From NCBI RefSeq assembly GCF_037042905.1, contig NC_087251.1, positions 33,792,001 to 33,856,000 on the forward strand: a stretch of DNA of 64,000 bases, written 5' to 3'. Both the position numbers and the translations under genes were made by a program. The notes beneath the pieces were generated by a model. The model made no database searches. It was given only the letters and a program-made list of their open reading frames with translations, and had not been told where the DNA came from. Shown in pieces: positions 57,400 through 64,000 of this stretch (position 1 is the stretch's first letter; the number at the start of each line of letters is the position of its first letter). The DNA comes from Lytechinus pictus (taxonomy: Eukaryota).

Positions 57400-57834
57400 G
57401 CTAAACTTAGTCTTGGACAGTTGAACAAATTGACAAATTTTGAACAAAATAATATCTGTTTGGAATTAGGCACTCCCTTTCCCCCTTTCCCCCAGTGTAT
57501 GGAACGCGACATCGTCGATGAAGCAAACGAATGTTCCTTTTCAAGTTTTCATAATAGAGCTTAAAAATTAAAGCATCATATTTGAATAAATTCAAATCAT
57601 GAATATATATTTTTGTTAGATTATTTTATATTATGAATTCCTAGGCCCGACTGATTAAAAAAGTAAAAAATAATGATAGCCCTATGCTCAGTTCCGGCAC
57701 TCGCGGCCTATCATAAAAAATTCGTTAACGGTAAACTCCCTTGAAAACTGTCAACAACAACAAAATCTCCAAGACCAAGTCCGAGATTATCTTCTGCTGT
57801 TTGCCAGTCTATTCACGAATACCGGACTTTATTC

Positions 57835-58809
57835 ATGAGGATCAGTTTACCCACAATTGAAGCGGGAAAAATGGCGAAAATTGAAAGTATTGTGAACACA
57901 TTTGTGTCAATGATGGAGAATTTGGCGAATCTGATTGTGCCGCTGATTCCTGGCCAGAAACGGATGTTGCTCCTCGCCAACAAGAGCGGCGTAGCTTTCT
58001 ACTTCGTTGTGTCAGTTATTGTGTTCTACGTCAGTACGTTCGTAATCTTTCCATTCAACCACAGGATCGAAATGAATGATCCTACCATTGACTCGAATGC
58101 ATCAACGCCCATTTCGACATGGATCCTGAGTTTTTGCATGGGCAACATGATGCTGAATTATTTGCGAGCAATTTTCAACCCGCCATTTTACGATGCAGGG
58201 CAACTGAAAGTGCCAACGGCCGAAGGAGGGAAAAATTGGGGATATTGCGTTCCTTGTCAGCAGTATGTTCCTCCCCGAGCCCACCATTGTTCCGTCTGTA
58301 ACCAGTGTGTCCTGAAGCGAGAATCACACTGCTTCTTCTTGGGGAACTGCGTCGGTCACATCAACCAGGGATTTTTTGTCGTCTTCCTCTTCTACACTGC
58401 CCTCTCAAGTCTATTCGCACTTCTCCATTTGGGCATGTACTTCCATCATGTCATCGGACCGATCGTTTCCTTGAGGATGCACCATTACCTTGTCCCGGTT
58501 GCGACCTATCAATGTTTCATGGGCTATTTCACAGTAACGGACTATCTCATGCTGTTACTATTCTACAACATGCTGATGATTGGTCTTGGCTGCAGCGTTC
58601 TCTTTTTCAAACAGATCAGCCTTATCCTGCAGGGTCAGACGAGTTATGAAGCAGCAAAAAAGGTCAACCTGTATGACAGTGGTGCCCATTTAAATCTTCA
58701 GGATGTCTTTGGGAGGTATTGGTGGGTTCGTTTCATCATACCTATCAAGTTTTCTCAACCAGTAGATGGCATCAAGTGGAGCAGGGTCAAGGATATCAAA
58801 CGATACTGA
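57835..58809 (+). CDS. Intronless DHHC-family palmitoyltransferase (ZDHHC22/ZDHHC24-like) with variant motif ESHC
   Basis: 324-aa ORF; a second ATG in AAAATGGCG context lies at 57871. Four hydrophobic segments. Cys-rich domain YCVPCQQYVPPRAHHCSVCNQCVLKRESHCFFLGNCVGHIN, a TTxE-like GQTSYE, and NLxDVFG..W...IIP. Confidence 0.92.
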   Translation: MRISLPTIEAGKMAKIESIVNTFVSMMENLANLIVPLIPGQKRMLLLANKSGVAFYFVVSVIVFYVSTFVIFPFNHRIEMNDPTIDSNASTPISTWILSFCMGNMMLNYLRAIFNPPFYDAGQLKVPTAEGGKNWGYCVPCQQYVPPRAHHCSVCNQCVLKRESHCFFLGNCVGHINQGFFVVFLFYTALSSLFALLHLGMYFHHVIGPIVSLRMHHYLVPVATYQCFMGYFTVTDYLMLLLFYNMLMIGLGCSVLFFKQISLILQGQTSYEAAKKVNLYDSGAHLNLQDVFGRYWWVRFIIPIKFSQPVDGIKWSRVKDIKRY

Positions 58810-59338
58810 AGTTCTTGATAAAATAGTTATTCCAAGATGTTCCTTTTTTCTCAAGAAGTCTGGAAACAAACATACCATAAGCCATCTAGACCATATTTAC
58901 TGAAGACATTACTGACTTTTGGAGTTTGGACAAGCAAATGAAGAAAGATGACTTTCTATGTCTATATCTAACTTTTATTTCACTGATTAAGGTTGAGAAG
59001 TAAATTTTGTTGATTTAGTCACTTACTAAGTGACTTGCATACATGTCTTGTCAGCAAAGTATGCTCCGATTTTATTGATATTGTTTTGTAAATTTATACA
59101 AAGTAAGAGGTTATTTTCTTTGTATTATATTTGTAAATGCATTGGTACATTTATCTTGTCTTTCATTCATACAACATTCCTGAAATACTCTAAGCAGTAC
59201 ACCACATTTATTGTTAGATATCATAGGTCTCCTGAAAAGTGAAATATAATTAATGGTATAAATCAAGTGACTGATAGTGATACAAATTACTATCCAGGGC
59301 TTTGATTAATCCAAGGCTGTTGAAGGCCAAGGTTGTGG

Positions 59339-59583
59339 ATAATAATAATAGCTGGATTTATAAAGCACTTTTTGCCAGAGGATACAAAGCACTGCTATTA
59401 TTACCCCGGCTTTAGCTCAAACTACCATCACCGGACGCTCAGTGCATGCAAGGAATTACTCCTGCCGGGTACCCATTCAGTGTGGATGAATTTCTTGCTG
59501 AAGGAAAACACCATAGTTACTATTCGAACCCATGACCCTTTATTCAAAGGCGAGCGTCAGAACCACTAGACCAAGATGCACCC
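59339..59583 (-). mobile_element. tRNA-derived SINE (same family as 45993-46290), downstream of the ZDHHC stop
   Basis: Reverse-complemented B box (ATTCGAACCC), GGGTACCCATTCA core, TATTACCCCGGCT and an (AAT)n tail. Confidence 0.8.
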
Positions 59584-60685
59584 ACATGCCCTGTTGGCTT
59601 TACTTGGTGCACCTCCTAATTGGCATTGGAGACATACCCTTTTTATTTTTCCCATTTGTACAGCAATATAAAAATGTGGCCTATAGAAAATTGGGCTTGC
59701 CCTAAGTATATCAAATTAGAAGTCCCTGACTTTCCCACATGGTACATTATACATACCAGTACATAAGAAACAACAGAATTATCCTCCATGAATATTTATT
59801 GATTGTCCATCATCATTAAAGAGCAAAAGGGCCAATGGAAACTGTTTGAAATTCTACAGATCAGGAGAAAATTGTCATTTGACTTGTTTTGATCTTATTT
59901 TATTATACTTTTTACTTGAATATGCTCTGTTAAATTCTGAATTTACAATTAACTTTTCAGTCAGATAAGTTTGTACACACACCAGAAGTGCCTGATTTTT
60001 CAAATTTGAATAAGAATAAGATAAAGCCTTGGATTTCTTTTTCAAAGATGAATTTATTATGTGATGATGGAGTGAATTCAAATTCATGTTGTTTTTAGAA
60101 TGAAAAATCTAAAATTATGCATCTTGATTTGGAATTTGAAAAAGAAAGTTCTTGAAATTTAGTTTATTAAATTCAAATGTCAAATAAATTAGTTGATCTA
60201 TGATATTATTTATACCATGTGTTTTTTCAATCAGAAATTCAAGAGGTTTTGTTAATGAATTACTGCTGGATTACAATTAATTTTCATTTTCTCAAGGCTG
60301 ATCTATTTAGGTCTATAGATATTTTTAAAACATGATCTGAGCTATACAAATACATGTGTCATTTATCAATTATGAGTGATTAAGTCACATTTATGATTAA
60401 ACAACAATATTCAGGGTTTTTGTTGTTTGATGCACTTACAAATTGGGCTATTAACATTGTTTAATGCTTATGATGTTTGTATCTTTGTGCAATCAATAGG
60501 GCCTGAGTCTACATGTATCTCAATGGTCTTAGGGGTAATTATAAAAGGTATTATTCATCCCATATCAGGTCTACATTATAATTTTTTTATATGATGTAGA
60601 CATTAGGGTGTGTTTTTTGTGCAATCAAATGACTCTTGCTGATCAAACATATTGACTGGAAAAAGAAAATGGAAATATATCTTAA

Positions 60686-61274
60686 AGGACAAGTCCACCC
60701 CAACAAAAAGTTAATTTGAATAAAAGGAGAAAAATCCAACTAGCATAAAAGATAACACTGAAAATTTCATCAAAATAGGATGTAAAATAAGAAAGTTATG
60801 ACATTTTTAATTTTCGCATAATTCACAAAACAGTTATATATGCACATCCTGGTCGGTATGCAAATGAGGGGACCGATGACATCACTCACTATTTTCTTTG
60901 TATTTTATTATATGAAATGTGGAATATTCTTATTTTTTGTCCTGTAAAACAAAGTTTTATTCCCCCTGAATATTACCATTTTTATAACATTTTATGGTTC
61001 AGTTATTGGTTGGTCCTTTATGTCAAATTGGTAAAATTTGAAATATTGTATAATTCAAACAATAAAAAAAAGAAATAGTGAGTGATGGACATCAACTTTC
61101 TCATTTGCATGTCACAGAGTTGTGCATATATCTGTTTTGTGAAAAATAAGTGAAACTTTAAAATGTCATAACTTTCTTATTTTACATCCGATTTTGATGA
61201 AATTTTCAGCATTATGCTTGTTTAACTTTTCTCTATTGATTCAAATCAACATTTTTCTGGGGTGGACTTGACCT
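60686..61274. mobile_element. Kolobok-type MITE
   Basis: TTAA|AGGACAAGTCCACCCCA ... TGGGGTGGACTTGACCT|TTAA, with long inverted arms. Confidence 0.87.
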
Positions 61275-62343
61275 TTAATTTGAATAGACCTAAGAAAAGA
61301 AGTTTAAATGGACACATGTTGTGGACAGGATGCTATGCACACAGACATTGTACTGTTTATTTTTTTTAAATAAAATACATACAGAGTTGTGACATTTTTT
61401 CATCTCAGTTCATGCATGATGTGCACACACTGCACTTTCCTTGGATATCTTTGTTGACCAAACATCCTTTCTCCTTCACGTATTTTGTTTCAAATTCTCT
61501 GTACTCATATAAATTGAAAGACAATTTTCATAATATATGTTTTCATGTATTTGGAATAAATGTTTGATCTTTAGAATTCTTGACTTTATTCTCTATCAAA
61601 ATATTCTTAATTTTTTTGTGACTAATGTCCCATTATTCTACCCATCATTTTTTGGGGAACCCCCATCCTCATTCACGATTGTGGGATGGATTTGTAAAAT
61701 TCACAGATGGAAATGCCTTGAATTGACGATGCAAATTATACTATTTGTAAAAATTCCTTTTACATGAAATCTTTTGATATCTATAACTTTGTATCATCTT
61801 TTGTATAGTTGACTATAGTACTTTTTTTGCAGTTTATCCAGTGATTCTATACACTTTGTTATTCTTTGTTATCTACTAACAGAAAGCGTTCACAATCTTG
61901 TAATCTGTTTCATAAAAATAGTGACTTTTGATGATTAACACTTTCTAATTCTGGTGTATCACATATTTATTTGACGATATGTTTGAAAATGACTGAGTTT
62001 GTGTGTTGAGTGTTGATTAAAGTTTGCTTTTGAAAGTCAGATATTTTGTTTATTGTGTTATGGTATTTGCATGTGAAGATTGGCTTTTATTAATGTTTAA
62101 AGCTAAATTCAGGTAGTGCTGCAAGGATTTCACAATAAAGTCTAATAAAGGAGAAGGTCAATTATCACCTTATTGTACATGTATTTGATAAAATCATGAA
62201 ATCTAGGCTGAATAGCACACATGCTGAAGATAACGAAACCAGGTACGGATATGAGGGAACACTTATTATTTTAATAGGAGACCCATCTTACTGCAGGGAT
62301 ACCATGCTTATTTCCCTCATTTTTTTTATAGCTATTACGCATT

Positions 62344-63128
62344 TGTCTCGCCTGCATAGCAGAGCGAGACTATAGGCGCCGCTTTTTTGACGGCGGCAAT
62401 GTCAACATTGAAATCTTAACCAAGGTTATGTTTTTGAAATATATAAGTATATGGACCTAGTTCATGAAACTTGGACATAAGGGTAGTCAAGTATTACTGA
62501 ACATCCTGCCTGAGTTTCAGGTCACATGACCCAGGACAAAGGTCACTTGGGGTCAACAAACTTTGACCATGTTTGGGGTATTTGTGGAATTGTCATCATA
62601 ACTTTGACATTTTATGGATCTAGTTCATGAAACTTAGACATAAAAGCAATTAAGTATCCCTGAACATCCTGTGCGTGTTTCAGCGCACATGACCAAAGTC
62701 AAAGGTCATTTTGGGTCAACAAACTTTGATAAAGTTTTAGTTGGGGGGTAATTGTGGAATTGTTATAACTTTTATTAAAGTTTATGGATCTAGTTGATGA
62801 AACTTGGACATAAGGGTTATCAAGTATTACTGAACATCCTGCCTGAGTTTCAGGTCACATGACCAAGATCAAAGGTCATTTAAGGTCAATGAACTTTGGT
62901 CGTGTTGGGGGTATTTGTAGTTCATAAAACATAGATATAAGGGTTATCAAGTATTTTTTGCACACGTCATGGGTCACATGATTATGGTAAAAGGTCATGT
63001 TGGGTCAATGGACATAGTATTTTATTATCATGTTTTCTTTTGTGAATAATTATTTAATAACTGTTTTCAAAGTCAGCACTGTTGCTATATTGAATCGTGT
63101 AATGCAGACAAGAGGCGTTCCACTGGTT
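62344..63128 (+). mobile_element. Helentron-associated (HINE-like) element with internal ~180-bp tandem repeats
   Basis: 5' GTCTCGCCTGCAT...GCGAGAC hairpin with a degenerate partner ATGCAGACAAGA near the 3' end. About 3.5 repeats of GAAACTTGGACATAAGGG...GGTCACATGACC..GGTCAAAGGTCA. T-rich flanks. Confidence 0.65.
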
Positions 63129-64000
63129 TACCAGAATCATTTTGCACATATTATTTCTGCATACATGTACAAACACTTGAGTTGTCCTTTTATTGGATGT
63201 TGCTCTAACTTATTTGATATTGATTGTAACAACTGGCGTTTACTTTTAATGAACTTGTGCCTTTTGATAAGGGAACCAGTCTTAAAGCCTTGATTAGATG
63301 TCACGAGACATTCATTTTGACATGCACAGCAACGAAGTGAGACTAATAATCACCCCACTTACACTTATCTTAAGTGTTGGTAAATCCCCCAAAATGTTTC
63401 AATGTTATGGTTTATTACTGGATAATGTGAATGTGTATGTCATGACACAAGGTTAAAAATGTGTTTTATTGGATAAATTATTATCAACATTCACTTTGCC
63501 AGGTACACAATCAAAACAAAATATTTGGGTGCTTTTTTAATAGTTACTTTCAATATTAATCCTCTTCTAAGAGAAGCATGGATTAGGATGAAACTTTCAG
63601 GATATATCCTAATCAGACAAACAACATTTTGTTTTGTGGGTGGGAGGGGGAGGATTTACAACTAAAATAGGCTTTAATGTTTTTACCACTTTCACTAAAA
63701 ACTACTCAAGTCAGTTTTCATGCTTCTCATTCCTCTCATCAATTCACACTTCTTGTTCACATTCGTCTAGGCGAGCTTTTAGACCATGGTTTATATATAT
63801 CTAAATCTAACTTTGAATAGCCAAATCTGACACTGATCTCAGAATAGTAAAAACAACTAGCACATCAATGATGTGGAGCTCATCCGGCATCTCGCAACAA
63901 AATTTAACACAATTCTTAATTTCAGCCCAGTTGACACTGTAGTGAATTATATTGGTGACATAAATTGAGGAAACAGAATTGAAATTGGTGAGCCTCATGA

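Noticed and set aside
58102..58878. Overlapping alternative-frame ORFs in the ZDHHC gene
   Set aside because: These are shadow ORFs of a GC-richer coding region with no recognisable motifs.

Overview
AT-rich, intron- and repeat-rich animal genomic DNA. An invertebrate deuterostome, probably a sea urchin, is inferred from the repeat families and gene structures. I reconstructed four protein-coding genes by hand. (1) The first three coding exons of a PLEKHD1-like PH-domain gene (- strand, running off the left edge). (2) A complete 11-exon BROX gene (+), head-to-head with PLEKHD1. (3) A two-exon, 97-aa COX8-like mitochondrial microprotein gene (-) that the ORF track does not show. (4) An intronless ZDHHC22/24-like palmitoyltransferase (+) whose DHHC motif reads ESHC. 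The rest is mostly transposon-derived: a decayed CR1/L2-group LINE, L2 3' fragments, tRNA-derived SINEs, and many TTAA-flanked Kolobok-type elements. Two of these are large nested composites. One is 7.5 kb and carries a higher-order satellite plus a 4-kb foldback element with a probable Academ transposase remnant. The other is 10.3 kb and fills BROX intron 5. There are also Harbinger-like and hAT-like MITEs and a Helentron-like element. Comparing repeat copies inside the window shows that the very abundant octamer TACATGTA arises by CATGTA insertion at TA dinucleotides, which fits transposon excision footprints. All calls are by eye; no searches were run.
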